A DNA stretch of 64,000 nt from Amoebidium appalachense (GCA_963693365.1 CAVNZM010000008.1:9481696-9545695); one strand, 5' to 3'. Positions 1 through 30,408 are shown, counted from the stretch's first letter. Notes: a model not told the origin generated them from the sequence alone. Translations and numbers: made by a program.

Positions 1-409
1 TTTTTACGTGTAGGGTCGCTTTTTTGCCTGAGAAACACACAAGCGCTTTCAGTTTACTTTATATCAGAATTTCCACCCAAAAACACGTGTTTCCGCAAAA
101 AGGGCAAACTTTGCCGGCACAATGCACCCCGAAGATGTCATAGGAGACCCCACAAACCATATATCGCTGTAACGGGCATGACTTCAATTTCACGTTTCTG
201 CCTTTTCCCCCCTTTAGTTGTTATAGTCATATGCCAGATATAGCGCGAATTCCAAATTTTAGCTAAAAAGGACTCAAGTGTCCTAATTAGTTTATGCGAA
301 TTATCAGTCTCTCTCTCTCTCTCTCTCGCTCCCCTCCCTCCCTCCCTCCCTCCCTCCCTCCCTCCCTCCCTCCCTCCCTCCCTCCCTCCCTCCCTCCCTC
401 CCCCCTCCC

Positions 410-477
<68 letters not shown>

Positions 478-845
478 CCTTTCCCTTCCTCCCAGCGAGT
501 GTTCCCCACTCGTAACCCACCTCACCCCAATAGTAGGCAGACTCACTCACGGAAACATGCACACACACACATCAAACCTTTTTTCCCCCATCCTCGCCTG
601 GCCTCCCCCCCCCCCCCTTCCCGCCCCTCCCAACCCCACCCCATCCCCCACACACTCACATACACACGGCCACTGCTTATGATGCATACTCTACATGTGT
701 TGTTTGCCCTCTGCATTATGTTGCTCGTTATTGATGTGTACTTCGTACTCCACAACACATTCTAACCCGGCCGCTCCCCCCCCCCCCCCCCCCCCCCCTC
801 CTCCCCCCCCCCCCCCCTCCCCCCCACACCACCACACTCACACCA

Positions 846-891
<46 letters not shown>

Positions 892-908
892 TCACCCCCC
901 CACTCCAG

Positions 909-3237
<2,329 letters not shown>

Positions 3238-4979
3238 TAGTATGCCGTAAATACACGTGCTTGCGACTGTACAACCCCACACATCTTCTTTTCATAGCCT
3301 ACACTTGTCAGTGTGCAGACTCCCCAGCGGATAAGCTTCACCTTTGCAGAATCAAGTGGCTTGCTGTTGTGTAGGGCTATGGTAACCTGGTGTGTGTCTG
3401 TGTGGGTGGGGTGGGTGACAGGGGTGTGGTGTTGTTGATGTTGTTGTTATCGTAATATAATAGAGGAAAAGGGGGGGGGGAGGATGGGGGGAATAGACAG
3501 TTTGGCAGTCCAAGGTCAGCTTGATCGGTTTATGATCGGACGTATGTATTGTAGTCTTTTTCATATGGCTGTTAATCAGAGTTTCTTCGTTTTTGATGCA
3601 AGTATAAGTGCATATGTTATAAATGCAGCCGTTAACGTTTGCTTACTACTGGTAGTGATATTCTGTGGAAATGATGCCTGGCTGGGCCGGGTAGAGCTGC
3701 CATGTTGCAAGTTTTTACTTGCGGGGTTCATGAAGAAACAACTCTCAGACTGGACGTTGGATGCACGTGTACACTTGCAATTTGCCTCACGTTTGTTGAA
3801 AGTTTGGGTTCAAAAATTATGCATTATTATGCAAATTTCTTGTCATTAGTAGACAAGGAAGTGTGCGAGTGGCACGTGCTCGCGCCTATGCTATTGGCGG
3901 GACATGTACAGTGGGGCGTGGATGTGTAGATTAGGGGTGCCAGTGGGCAGGTTGGTTGGCGACAATCAATGGCTCACACCAGAGTGATCAGACTGAGCGT
4001 GACAGTGCATGTACGTGTGTCTGTGTGTGTGTGTGTGTGTGTGCATGTGTGCGTGTGTGCTTGTGTGCTTGTGCGCATGTGCGCGCGCACCGTGGGCACA
4101 TAATAGCCGGGTGTGCTATTCAGTAGGTTCTGGTACCAGTACGAGTGTGTGCAACAGTGACATGTGCATCATAGTCACCCCCCGGCCCATGGACGGCCGG
4201 TTGCCACATGTGACCATGGCAAATGTACACACCCAAAGTAATTGGCGCAAGGGAGTGCACGTGGGTGGCCATGCATACAGTAGGTATTGTTACCCTCGGT
4301 CTGCACATGTGTGTCACAGGTGGTGTGTGCAGCCTGCATGAATAATGAAGAATGTATGCGCAATATATTTTAACCATAAAATGCAGCTGAGCTGGTCAAA
4401 CTATTTGGGAAGAATGTTTCTGTGCATGCAGGTGCATGCGACGATGCATGCCATGGCCAGGTACCACGAACTTTAAGGGCTCGAAACGACACTATCGATC
4501 TGACGTTGCTTGATCGCTTGACAAAATACTAGTTATATCCATGGTAGCTGGGGGGAGCAAAGAAGAAGAAGAGGAATAAGAATAAGAATATAGGAACTGA
4601 CCTATTATATTTATTCCGAGCATACATGAATTTACTGTGAAATACCGCTGCGGTCATTGCCAACTCAGTGCTACCCGTGTATCAGAACTTGCTGCTGAAG
4701 TTGGATCTATTTGCGAGCCCTGGCTGCCAGCCCATGTTCGTGTCACTGGGCATGATGTGAGCAGCCATGATATATGAGATGAAAATAGTCACTAAATACT
4801 GTTGCAATTAGTAGAATTTGTAGTTTACATAAATTTATTGAAATTCATATCGTTATTTGCCAACTCCTGCTTCTCAAAAGCTCATTACATATGGGCATTC
4901 GGGAACGACCCACAAAAAGCCACAAAAAGAACCAAGACTCAAAGAGTTTTGAGAACACTAAATAAGGTAATCTTGCCGC

Positions 4980-5180
4980 GGTCTGATTGGATACATTGAA
5001 TTCGGGCATGGCAGCACCAATCAAATCAGCAGAAGGCAAACCAATCGAAACGCCTTTTGTGTTCCCGCCATGGCAGCTAACCAATCAAACCTGTCCCACC
5101 ACTCAAAGCTCGCGAAAGACCCAGCCGTGCCTACTTCCGCGTATAAAAAGCGCACACACGCACTCACCTGTCTCAGTCGT
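4980..5180 (+). promoter_or_regulatory. Pol II promoter: CCAAT boxes, TATA box and Inr-like site
   Basis: CTGATTGG ~4983, CCAATC ~5017/5041/5081, TATAAAA ~5142, TCAGTC ~5173, about 85 nt before the ATG at 5258. Confidence 0.6.
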
Positions 5181-5257
5181 ACAAGCAGTACCACACTAAG
5201 AAATAACCCGTAAGTTGTAAATAAGTAAGTAGGTTATTTGCCTTTACACATAACAGA

Positions 5258-6766
5258 ATGTTGGTAGCGAGTGTTGTTCTCGGTCTTGCGGCCGCCACTT
5301 CAGCCTCCACAACACGCCGTTTCATCCTCAACGCATACCAACCAAACACAACATGCACCGGCGCTCTCTCTGCAAATGCCAAGCGGCTGGTGACTGATTA
5401 CTATGAGGTTGTCGACGGCAACTCGTGCTACAACACATACAAGATGGGCACGTGCACGGAGACTTTCAAGGCAGACCCTAACATTAAAATGTGCAACCTT
5501 ATCCTCGCCGGAGGTTCACGCAGCCACATTATTGAAAAGGATACAACGGGTGCTGAGCGTCTGCGTGTTTCCACTTTCAGCTCAGTCAACTGCACGGGTT
5601 TCCCTGCCCTCTCCGTCGTTTTCCCTCTCAACAATGCGTGCTATAATGCGGTAAGTAACTTGTTGAGTGTGGATATTATATGGTGTTCACTGTGTGCACA
5701 TAGGTGAAACAAAGAAAATACCTTTTTCCAAACAAACTCAGTTGAAGCCGTTTGCAAAATGGTGGGGATTAGGGTATCAGAATTTCCAAGCAGGCACAAG
5801 CATATGTTGCCAATCACTTCTCTAAATAACTACACAGCTCAAGTGCGTGCTTGACCATGCACGGCACGATCCTTTCCCATGTCACGCAAGTACCACATTT
5901 TTGCATTTGCTGCCTTTGAATACTAAAAGCACCATGTGTATTCACAGACAAAGGGCAGCAACGCGATGGTTGCCCTGAAGGAGCTTGGGCCTGCCGGGGT
6001 TACACCAGCCAAGGACGGCCTCCTCGTCAACACCATTGGTCAGGGTGCATGCCCGGCTACCGGTGCCGTCACATCAAAGGCACCCGTCGGTCTCTGCGTG
6101 GTGAGTTTATCTCAATGATGTGTGAAAAGAAATGTTCGTTTTCTTGTGATGTGTGTGAAGGTGAAAACCTGCTGTGTGTGTGGGCAACCAACGTAGGATG
6201 AAAACAAGCAATGTCGTTTATTAATAGGTCACAGGACTTGTACTCACATGCTGCTTATGGCCAATCATTGACAGACGTAATTACTTCAAAACAAATCTGA
6301 TGCTGACCATCCAAACACCATCACTAACTCGTCTTTCTCCCTCCCTCAGCCATTTGTTGAGTCACAGCTCTCCATCCCCAACCTCTACCCCAACAACGCC
6401 GCCGCAGCCTCCGGCTCAGCGGCCAAGACATACGTCATTGAGAGCTTTGACGGTAGCGCCGGTGTGATTGTGCAACACTATGTTGACAAGGATTGCACCA
6501 TTCCCTATTTCGACAACGCTGCGTCATCTGCCGACATCACCGCCCAGACTTTCGCATACTACTTCCCCTACAACACGTGCATGGAGTTTAAGACGACCTC
6601 TAATGGTCAGAGCTATACGTGGAATCAGAAGTTTGCCCATGAGGATGGTACGTGGACCGGCAGTGTCGGCGGCAGCAAGTCCTCTGGTGCCCACCGCAAT
6701 ATCGCACCCACTACCGGCACCATGGTGACGGTACTGATTGCATTCGTTGCTTCCATGATGCTCTAG
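5258..6766 (+). CDS. Secreted, probably GPI-anchored Cys-rich surface protein; exons 5258-5650, 5948-6100, 6350-6766
   Basis: Signal peptide MLVASVVLGLAAATSA, spaced Cys (C-TG, DKDCT, YNTC), Ser/Gly spacer plus hydrophobic C-terminus (VTVLIAFVASMML). Canonical GTAAGT/GTGAGT donors, phase-0 introns. Confidence 0.85.
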
Positions 6767-7366
6767 AAGGATCTGGGCTATTTTTGGTCTCGTGTGCCTA
6801 AATATGGGCACTATGTATGCACTGTGTTGTAACTGCCAGTTTCGACTTGCATATGTTTGTCTATGATTAATGCTTCGAAATATTTTTGACTTTTTTTTGG
6901 TGTTAGCCATGGCCACGTGACGCTCTGTATTGAGGCACACGTTGCATGATTTGGCGCGATTTGCAGCAGGAAAACCTACCTGTACTGTGTATTTACCGTT
7001 TGTAGATAACCTAAAAATCCGCGTTTTTTGCGTAGGGTTAAAGGGATACTATAGGCGCCACATACACACACACCACCCACCCACACATGTGTGTTGCATG
7101 CAGTGAGCATGACATGAAGTCACGTGTATTGCTATTTATATCTACCAATCCGATTGATTCTCTAGGCCTGCGGTCCCCTCTAGAGCCAGGTGTGACGTCA
7201 CCGTATGCTCTATGGCACCTGTGGCCAGCCTGAATGTGATAAATAAACTACGAATAGAATGATGTCTTTAAATTGTACAAAAATTGGAACATGTCACCTG
7301 CTAACCTCTCGTCATAACTCATCCACAAGATAATCCCTGCTTCTTCCCCCCCCTCCCCCCCCCCCC

Positions 7367-7397
<31 letters not shown>

Positions 7398-7935
7398 ACC
7401 ACCCACCCACTCACTCACCCACGTGCAAACGCCCACCCAAACTCCCACCCACTTCCTTCTCAAAATATCTTTAACATTAGTATTCAGTACTTATATCTCC
7501 CTCCCCTCTTCCATTCCCCCTTTTTTCAGGTGCACACAATATCTTCCTTCCCCCATCCCCCTCCTCTCTCCCCCTCCCCTCCCCTCCCCTCCCCCCCCCC
7601 CCCCCCCCCCCCTCCCCCACCACCACCACCAACACCACCCCCCTACCCCCGCCAAAACCACTCGTTACATACACACCCAGCCTGTGGAGCACACAACCCC
7701 CCCCGGTCTCCCCCCCCCTTTCCCCCCGCGCCAAAAAATCACTCATTACTTACACACACAAAACCCCACAAACACAAACTATACCCCCTCCCCCCCCCCC
7801 CCCCCCCTCCTCCCCCCCCCCTCTTCCCCCCTCCCCCCCCCCCCCCCCCCTCATCGGCCCCCTCGCCCCGCTCACCCCCGCCAAAAAACCACTCATTACA
7901 TACACACCCGCCTGTGGAGCACACAAACAAAAACA

Positions 7936-7997
<62 letters not shown>

Positions 7998-8044
7998 ACC
8001 TCCACATCGGAGCTCCACGTGTTTCCCAACGCCTGTTACAGTAC

Positions 8045-8229
8045 CCCATCTTCATTTGACAGCAACCTTCGGTCAGTGCGTGACTGTGCATGAATATGTG
8101 CAACGTCACAGCTGACATTGACGTGATCAACACAAGACTTGCCCATCTTCATTTGACAGCAACCTTCGGTCAGTGCGTGACTGTGCATGAACATGCGCAA
8201 CGTCACAGCTGACATTGACGTGATCAACA
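8045..8229. repeat. Tandem duplication, ~97-bp period, 2 copies
   Basis: CCCATCTTCATTTGACAGCAACCTTCGG...GACGTGATCAACAC occurs twice, nearly identical. Confidence 0.85.
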
Positions 8230-9381
8230 CACGCACACGCATGGCCGTGCGCCTGAACTTGTAGGTCAAAGAAATTCACCTAATGGATCCACAGACTCGT
8301 GTATACAGGCCACACACACTAGTAGTTGTGCTTACACAAATATACACACATCTACACACACACACACACACGCAACACATACACCCAAGCATAGCCACAC
8401 ACACACTGGTGAGTGTGCTTACACAAACAGGCACACATCTACACACACACACACACACAATACGTAACACCCACACATAGCCACACACACAAGCGCATGC
8501 CCACATGCCCACACACACACACCGCGCTCACACCAAAATAGAGAAAGAACGGGAAACATCAAAAGATGCATAGACGTTTATCCTATACACCACCATGCAA
8601 CTACACAGAGGCCCAAACCAGTGGGTAAACCCTACCAGAGCACACATGTTATATATACGAAGTTCCACATCCATGTTCCCTTTTTTTAATTTGTTTTCCA
8701 GGGATCCATATTCTTCCGTAGATACTCAAACCACCATCAGAAAGCACCCTCGACACACAGGAAAGAAAAGAAAGTTCTTCGCACAGCAAACATATCTATT
8801 TATCTATTGTGACACACAGGAAAGAAAAGAAAGTTCTTCGCACAGCAAACATATCTATAGTGCTCTTCTTTTCTGCTAACTCTAACTAATCTTTGGAATA
8901 TGCATTGGTATGACACTAGGTGTAGACCGGGTAGCCTAAATTCCTAAATTCCATCTGTTTACGTATAAACCGTCTTGCCGTCGGGCTGCACCGCCATCTT
9001 CACAATCTAGTCTGCTTATTAACTTTTTTCCTAAAAAATTAAAATAGAAAACAGGATAAGACGACCCACTCGTTAAGTAGAAGCAATTTAAATCCGAGCT
9101 TCGCATACATTACGGCAATCCCAGGTTTACCTAGCACAGAATGGCGTTGGCAACAGCGTCCCCTAATATTCCTTAAAGACAGAGCCTACGACATCCAAAT
9201 GTTCCATCGGAACTATCGCCTTATCCGGAACTAAACACTCTAGCTCTAACTTCACCTTCATGCATAGCTGGAGTTCTTTATATATTTTCTCGTAAAAATC
9301 TTTATGTATTTTCTCTAAAAGCAATTTGTGTGTAAGTTACCTATTTGTGCAGATGCGGCCGACACTCATTACAGCCCCCCC

Positions 9382-9432
<51 letters not shown>

Positions 9433-9479
9433 AGACATGGAGAGTGTGTTTGTCTGTGTATGTGCACGTGTGTGCCACG

Positions 9480-9538
<59 letters not shown>

Positions 9539-9637
9539 GTGTGTGTGTGTGTGTGCGCGCGCGCCTGTGTGCGCATGGTTGTCCTCACATCTGTAAAAGC
9601 ATGCAAAGAAAGGGTGAGAGAAGTGGGGAAAAGAGGT

Positions 9638-9685
<48 letters not shown>

Positions 9686-10317
9686 GGAGTGGGTTCCAAA
9701 AAATGAAACCATCGAATTTAACGGCGCTCAAATAAAGAGTTTGACGGTGGCGACATGGTGGCCAACGGCGCTAAATTAAATCATTCATCCGGCAAAAACA
9801 CTTCATGACTATAAACTTTAAAGGATCTCCATTGGTCGGGTTCCTCCCCTGCAGTTCAGAAGAACGAATCAGTTGAGCTCATTTAAAATGCATCGATATT
9901 TGCTAGTCCTGGAAATGCAATTGAGACCAAAAGAGCGGGATATGTGGCACAGGCGCACACCCCACCAACACAGACACACATGCGTGCCCCTCAAACACGC
10001 ACACACACAGAGAGAAGCACACAGATACACACACAAACATACACAAACACCTCGTCAAATCCTCATACACTACCCCCTCCCCCCCCCCCCCCCCAACCCA
10101 CTCTTTCGCCACCTTGCAAACACACACATGAACATGTGCACATCAACTGAGCGGATGAGACACGCACTCACGTGCCGACACACCAAGTATGCAACCCTGC
10201 ACATACACAGCAGTCAAAACGAGCACAGAAAAAACTCTTCTTCAAGGCGTATTCATGAACATGGGGTCATAGACATGCACAGGCACACAGGCACACTGCA
10301 GGCACACAGGCACACAG

Positions 10318-10439
<122 letters not shown>

Positions 10440-10602
10440 GCACGCACACACGCACGCACACACACACACACAGACCCCCCGCCCTGCACACAGCGCTTCA
10501 CACTAACACATCATTTCCAATGAGCGCTTCAGACTAACACATCATTTCCAATGAAGTTGGTGTGTTGATGTTTTCAGGTGGAGATAGAGATAAGAGGGTT
10601 GC

Positions 10603-22906
<12,304 letters not shown>

Positions 22907-23024
22907 GCGATGAATTCTGTTCGGTCGTTGTTGTTGGTGGTGGTGGTGGTGGTGGTAGTGCGTGTTGTGTTTGCGTGTGTGTTTGTGCGTGTGTTCATCC
23001 ATGTGTGTGTAGTGTGTGTTTGTG

Positions 23025-23154
<130 letters not shown>

Positions 23155-23702
23155 TGTGTGTGGTGTGTGTGTGGTGTGTGTGTGGTGTGTGTGTGTGTGT
23201 GTGTGTGTGTTGTGTGTGTGTGGGTCCGTGTGTGTGTCTTGTGTGTACAGTATGTGTGTGTCTGCATGGATGAAGGGGTAGCATTCGCACACGTTGCCCG
23301 CATTCAAATATTGGTTAGAAGCATGGTAAATGTATGTGTATGTGTGTTTTTGTGTTGGAGAGGACAACAGGGTGGTGAAAAAAGGCCTAGAGGGGGGTGG
23401 GGAGAGGGATGGTGGTGGTGGTGGTGGTGGTGGTGGTGGTGGTGGTGGTGGTGATCTGTGTGTTTTGGGGGGGGGGGGGGGGGGGGGGAGGGAGGTTGGG
23501 GGAGAAGGGGGGGGGGGGGGGGGGGGGGGGGGGAGGGGTTGCACGTGGGTATATGTACATGAAACTATTCAGACTTAATGTGAGGTGTATGAACCCACAT
23601 GATTCATTGAAAAAACATTTTGTGCTTTTGAAAGCGTGCTGGAAAGGTGTGTTTTTGTGTGCTGACGGCCGGGGGGAGGGGAGAGAGGGTGAAGGGAAGG
23701 GA

Positions 23703-23752
<50 letters not shown>

Positions 23753-24056
23753 CACGAGCCTTGGCAAGCGCAAGCTGCTGTAGAAAACGGAGAATTGCGG
23801 GAGTGGGGGGGGATTGAAAGGAGATAGGTGAAGCGGGATGGGGGTGGGAAAGAAGGGGGCAGGGGGGGGGGGGGGAGGGGGAAGACGAGCAGGGCAAGGT
23901 GCTACATAGTGAGAGTTGGGAGCTACGTAGGAAGATAGCAGGAATGACTGAAGACGGAAGGCAGGAAGAAGGGGCCTGATGTGTGCGCGTGTGTGTGTGC
24001 GTATGCGTGCGCGTGTGTGCATGTGTGTTGGTGTTTGTGTGTGCGTGTGTGTGTGC

Positions 24057-24101
<45 letters not shown>

Positions 24102-24126
24102 CGCGCATGTGTGTACGTGTGCGTGC

Positions 24127-24216
<90 letters not shown>

Positions 24217-24297
24217 ATGTGTGCGCGTGTGTGTGTGTGTGCGTGTGTGTGTGCGTGTGTGTGTGCGTATGTGTGTGTGTGTGTGTGTGCGTGTGTG

Positions 24298-24488
<191 letters not shown>

Positions 24489-24849
24489 CCCTTTTTTTGC
24501 GCGAGAGGGGGGGGGGGGGGGGGGGGGGAGGGGGGGGAGGGGAGGGGGGAGGGAGGGAGGGGAAGGCAACAAAACCAAATTGCCAGTGGCACAGAAAGAT
24601 GCATTCACAGTTATCCGCACATAAATGAGACATGCAAGCCATCACACGCGGTTCAAAATTAAGGTAGGCAATATGTATAGCTCCAGGGACCCATGAACCT
24701 GCAACCCTGTGTGATTACACAAAAGCCCAACGAATGCTACACGCGCACACACGCACACACCCATGTGAACCCACACAACCCACACGCGCCTAACAGTGTG
24801 CACACACACACAAGTTCATAGAAAACGTGACGCACACGCGCGCGCGCCA

Positions 24850-24976
<127 letters not shown>

Positions 24977-26079
24977 TGTCCACGCATGTGCATGTGCGCA
25001 ACATCGACACCCACACGTCATGCAATGCACAAGCACCCCATGCATCAAGCACGTGCACATACACAACCAGGGGCAGGGTTCCCCACCTTTCCAACTCTTG
25101 CCCGCTCTCTTCATCACTGCCTTCTGTTCCTTCACGACCTATTCCGTTCACCATTTCGTTCACGTACGTGAGCATTCCGAATTCCAGCGGGCGCATAGTT
25201 TGAACCCATAGACTGCATAATGAAAAACTGTTTGGCGTTGTGGTATGAGTATGTCAGAATAAGAGTTGCATATTCTAGTTATTGATGAGAGATAGGGTAC
25301 CTATCAACCCGCGATTGCAAAGAACTACAAGCTAACACGAAGAGGAGTTATGTGTGGTGATGCATGGAGTGTTGTAGATTGGCATTGCAACGATCCCCCT
25401 CAGCTCCTTTCAAGGTGATGTTTACGAAACTGTTATCCCGCGCCTTATCAACCATACATAACGTCTTAATCGTGTATAGCTACCCATGAACAGAAGTGGT
25501 GTCATTACTTTCTGATGTTTACCACAATCTTTCTTCACTGTACTGTGTGTGAGTAAAAGTTTCACGTGTGCTCAGCTGAGACGGTCACTGGACCCGGGGT
25601 GGAAAAAATTTGGCGCACGTTGACGCGTTTGGCTCACACACATTCCAGAAAGCAAAAAGTTGTTAAAAAGCAAGGGGTTTTATTGGAAGATCTTCCTGAT
25701 CACATTTTTGCCGGTGCGTTTTGCACCAACCATCATCGGTATCATCATTTGATGTTGGTGCCTTGGTGGCCCCTTTTCGTGACATGGTGGCGACATTTTG
25801 CCAAGGCTGTGGACGTGTGTAGTGTGAGCTCTACGCATGCCGTGTGTCATGGTGGAGGTGTGTGGCGCATGTGTGTGTGTCTGTGCAGACTGTAGGTTCG
25901 GGTGTGTGTGTGTGTGCGGGGTGTGATCGTGCGTGTGTGCGTGTGCGTGTACATATGTGTGTGTGTGCGTGTGTGCGTGTGCGTGTGCACGTGTGTGTAC
26001 ATTCTGCGCGTGTGCGTGTATGTCACGGTGCGTGTGTGCGTGTGTGTATGGGCGTCACGGCGTGCGTCTGTGTGTTTAT

Positions 26080-26114
<35 letters not shown>

Positions 26115-26267
26115 CCGCCGTGTGCCACGGTGTGTGTGCGTGTGTGCGTGTGTGTGCAGGCGCGTGTGCACGTCGTGTCACGGTGTGCGTGTGTATGCGC
26201 ATGTACACTTGTGCGTCGGTGCCTGCATGCCAGTGCATGTGTGCAGGGGCTACCAAGGTGGCCCACT

Positions 26268-26299
<32 letters not shown>

Positions 26300-26984
26300 A
26301 ACACAAAACCGCCTGCCAGCAGCCGCTGCGCAGGACACCATAAGGATTCCGTGACAAGGCGGTGACTCGGTACACCACCAGACAGGGACAGGACGCGTAC
26401 GGACCCCTGAGCGACCCACCAAATCTGACCAGTCTACAGTGGCTGCACCTCATGATCACCACCCCCACCGGACTCCCAGCCCCCCCCCCCCCCCCCCCCC
26501 TCTCTCTCTCTCTCTCCCCCCCCCCCCCCCCCCCAAAAAAAAAAAAAAAAAAAAAAAAAAACACCCACCCACCCAAGACTGGATCAGCAAAGGGCTAAGC
26601 CCCAGGGACATCACTCTACCCCCGGCCCTCGACAAGCAACCCCCTGCTCGAAAAAACCTTTTGTCTAATCTGTCCCAGTCACTGGGTGTATTTGAGTTAT
26701 TGAATTTCTTCGAGTATGTTTGGAAACCTAGATGTAGGGCATTACACCGTGACCCCAAAACCGAACCCAAACACATGACCCACAAAAACAAAACAGCCAC
26801 ACGCAGCAAACAGCCAATCACAACACCTAGAGCCATAAACCCCCTACCCACACCCTATCGACCTGCCCCAAGTGCAGAGTGTGACCCACCGTAAAACAGA
26901 GTGCAACGCCCATCATCGATGTCGACACATATATAGCAGCCACCACCACACAAGGCCCAACCCGGCAGAGTCATGACTTGCAAG

Positions 26985-27270
26985 AAGTAGAATTACTCTG
27001 CTAAATCGGAATTATTCTGCTTTTAGCAAAAATATTCTGCTTTTAGCAAAATTATTCTGCAAAAGCAGAATTTCTCTGCTGTAGCATAATTATTCCGCTT
27101 TTCGCAGAATCATTCCGCTTTAAGCAGAATTATTCTGCTTTTAGCAGAATTATTCCGCAAAAAGCAGAATTATTCTGCTTTCTCAGCACTGAGCCATTCT
27201 GCTTTTGGCAGAATAATTCTGCTTTTGGCAGATTGATTCTGCTTTTAGCAGATTAATTCTGCTTTAATTA
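26985..27270. repeat. Palindromic minisatellite, ~20-bp unit ATTATTCTGCTTTTAGCAGA
   Basis: About a dozen units, each a self-complementary TTCTGC-N4/5-GCAGAA. Some units are inverted (TTCTGCAAAAGCAGAA). Confidence 0.85.
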
Positions 27271-27291
27271 GCAGTGGTTGGGCCGTGCAAA

Positions 27292-27336
<45 letters not shown>

Positions 27337-28449
27337 CCAACCATGGCCACCCCACGGCTGCAGGCTGCCATGATTACTATGTACGTAGTTCCATTTACAA
27401 TGAATCAGACAATATGAGAGACAGTATGCCCACCATTCGAGTGCGAAGTTCCCAATTTTCAACGAAACTTTGTCAATGAAGCTTAGGCGCTGTGTCCTTG
27501 ATCACTCATGATCACTAACTGAATTTAGGCTACACACTACGGGGATCCCCCCCCCCCCCCCCCCAACACCCGCCCGTCCGCCCGCCCGTCCGCCCGCCCA
27601 CCTCTCTGGTCTAGTACCCGGGGCCATCACGAGGGTCCATGGCACGCGCACACAAAACACACACACACACACACACTTTCACACGCACCCGTGTACACGA
27701 GCATCGAATTTCGCACCACACCGACACAGCTTTAGGTGTACAAACCTGCGATGCATACCTGACAGTGTGCATTTTATGTATGAGGTCAAGCCTTTTTATA
27801 CTCACCATTTAGTAAATGGCAAACACCCGGTCCTGACATGTGCACACTGTCCGTGATCCATAATAGTGTTAAACACATACGCCCACACGACTGCGCAGAT
27901 ACTGGCAAGAGACTCAGTAAACTTAAAAAAGGGTAAGGGCTCACACACTGACACACACACATTCATGCACACTACACTATGATAGCCCCTTGCAATGCCA
28001 TCAAATAATTCGGGTGCATACACACACACAGACACACACACACACAGGCCACCACCGGCACACACGCTCACTACACAACGGTCTTATGTCGGACACGGTT
28101 ACATAGTACATACATGTATGTTCATTCACGCCCAAGGCCCACAGTGAAAGCATTTACAGATATGCACGCACAAAGTTAACCGCAACGGTTGCTACAGTAG
28201 AGGGAGAGCTGGAGACAAGCCAAGGCGCAGGGGGAGCCTGTAACCCTAGTTTGGTCTTCAATTTTTTTTATATGTGTATTTTAAGGTATCCTTAATAAAG
28301 GTAAATTTAAAAGGAAAAAAAGAAAATATGGCAACCCGCTAAGATTTCACATCTCACAAAGCATACAATAGTAACCACCTTAGAAAGGGGTGGGTGTAGG
28401 TGTGGAGAACTGGCCGCTGGGAATTCGAAGAAGGGCGGGGGAGGAGGAG

Positions 28450-28480
<31 letters not shown>

Positions 28481-29072
28481 GGGGGGGGGGGGGGGATGTG
28501 AGACAACAAATGATCGGTTAGGAGCGAGAGGGGAAGGGGGGGATGTAGGTATGAGCCGGTGGAGGTGACAAAACGAACACGACAGCGGGGGGAAGGGGAG
28601 GGGGGCACTAGGTCGTTAAAAAAAGAGGAGGAATGGCAAACGTATGCATCAACATGGACTGAGTGTACACAAATGCTTTAACGGTCGTTATCAGGTAGTG
28701 TAACGACGCAGCCTGTACGCCGAAACTTTAAGCAACCAGGCCTTAAAGTGCATGCTTAGATACAAATAATACTGGTCTTACCAGCAAATTCTACCAGTAA
28801 CACCTTGCACTGTTTCCTAGAGAAGAGGCAATCACAACAAGACGAGAAAAAAGGGAATGAGACGAAATATATAGAATTAACAACGGGAAAAGGGTATGAC
28901 AGGCACACCTGGTGCCAAAAAGAAACAAAACCATTAATAACAAAAAGAAACAAAAAAAAAAAAAAGACAAAAAAACAGGCAAACAAAGGGGGAAAAAAAG
29001 GTTGGACGTGTTTTGGTAACTTGTGGCACAGCTTGTTCTGCTTCACCTCGCGATTTCCGCATCCGAGTCCGT

Positions 29073-30367
29073 TTAAGCGGGCACCTTGTATCCCTGTAGT
29101 GGTGTTGAATTGGTATCAGCACAAATTCACATCCTCTTTCTCTCCGGTTACTACAATATAAAATCACTTTTTCAAACGAAATGGTTTCTCTCCATAGTGG
29201 GCACATGGAAAAGTCTTTTTCAGTGAGTACAGATGTTTGCTAACGAAGTGATGGGATGCTGGGCAAAGAGAGCCCCTGGGCCGGGGGGGGGGGGGGGGGG
29301 GGGGAAGGAGGTGTTGGTCGGACAGGGGAAGAGGGTGAAAGGGGGAGGAGGAGAGGGAAGAGAAGGGTGTATGGTGAGAGAGGAAGGAGGAGGTGGTAGG
29401 TGGATGGTGGAGCAAGTGAGGGGGAAAGGAAGCGGAGTGTTGGAGTATGTGACACTATAATATACATTAAACGTGTGTGAGCTTGTGTGTGTGTGAGCTT
29501 GTGTGTGTGTGTGTGTGTGTGTGTGTATGCGTGCCTGCATGTCCGCTTGCGCCCGTGTGTGAATGGATGTGTTTTTATAAAGAGGTTTTTGTAACAAGGC
29601 AACAGAGAAAGGTCAAGAAGCAAAAATGAACACCAAGCGACTTTCAAGAGAATAGTGCAACCATGTACCATACGACGTAAGCTTCATAATGTGTGTGCGT
29701 GTACTGTGTGTGTGTGCGCGCACACACACGTGGAGGGGGGTCCACCGCACAAACATAAAGAACACAGGTACAGCAAAAACACACATGGTCGAAGACAATG
29801 AGTTTGAACAGCGGGCAAAATCGAACACAAGAGCATGCAATTACATTTGGAAATGGCGTTGAGCGAGCGCTCGTGGATACCTCTGGGTGTGTGTGTGTCT
29901 GTCCCTTTTCTCTATCACGCGCACTCTCTCCCTCTCTGCGTGTCCGTGGCATGTGTGCACGAGTATATACATGTGCATGTGGTTACCTGCTGCTCAAGGG
30001 CATCCTTGAGGCATGCCAGGAAGTGCTGGACGGTCTCTGGCCGGCTGTTGAATCCCATCAGACCAATGCGCCACACTGCAGGAAAATAGGTTAGGGTTAG
30101 TCTTTTCACCTAACCCAGCCCCCCTCCCTCATTCCCCAAACACGCCCACACACAGAGGAGAGAGCAAGAGAGACACACTAACTCCTCCTCCCCACCAGTA
30201 CACACATACACATAAACACACGCAGCACACACACCCACACACAGGCAGAGAGAGAGAGACTTACTACCACTACCCCCCTCACCCCCTCTCCCCACCACCA
30301 CCACCGCAACCCCTCCCCCCTCCCGGAGCACACACGAGGACCAACACTCTAAAAACGTAAGAGAGAA

Positions 30368-30408
<41 letters not shown>

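Noticed and set aside
29073-29093. Loss of peroxisomal targeting signal in AGXT
   Set aside because: The last exon (GYKVPA*) is only tentative, so the C-terminus cannot be asserted.
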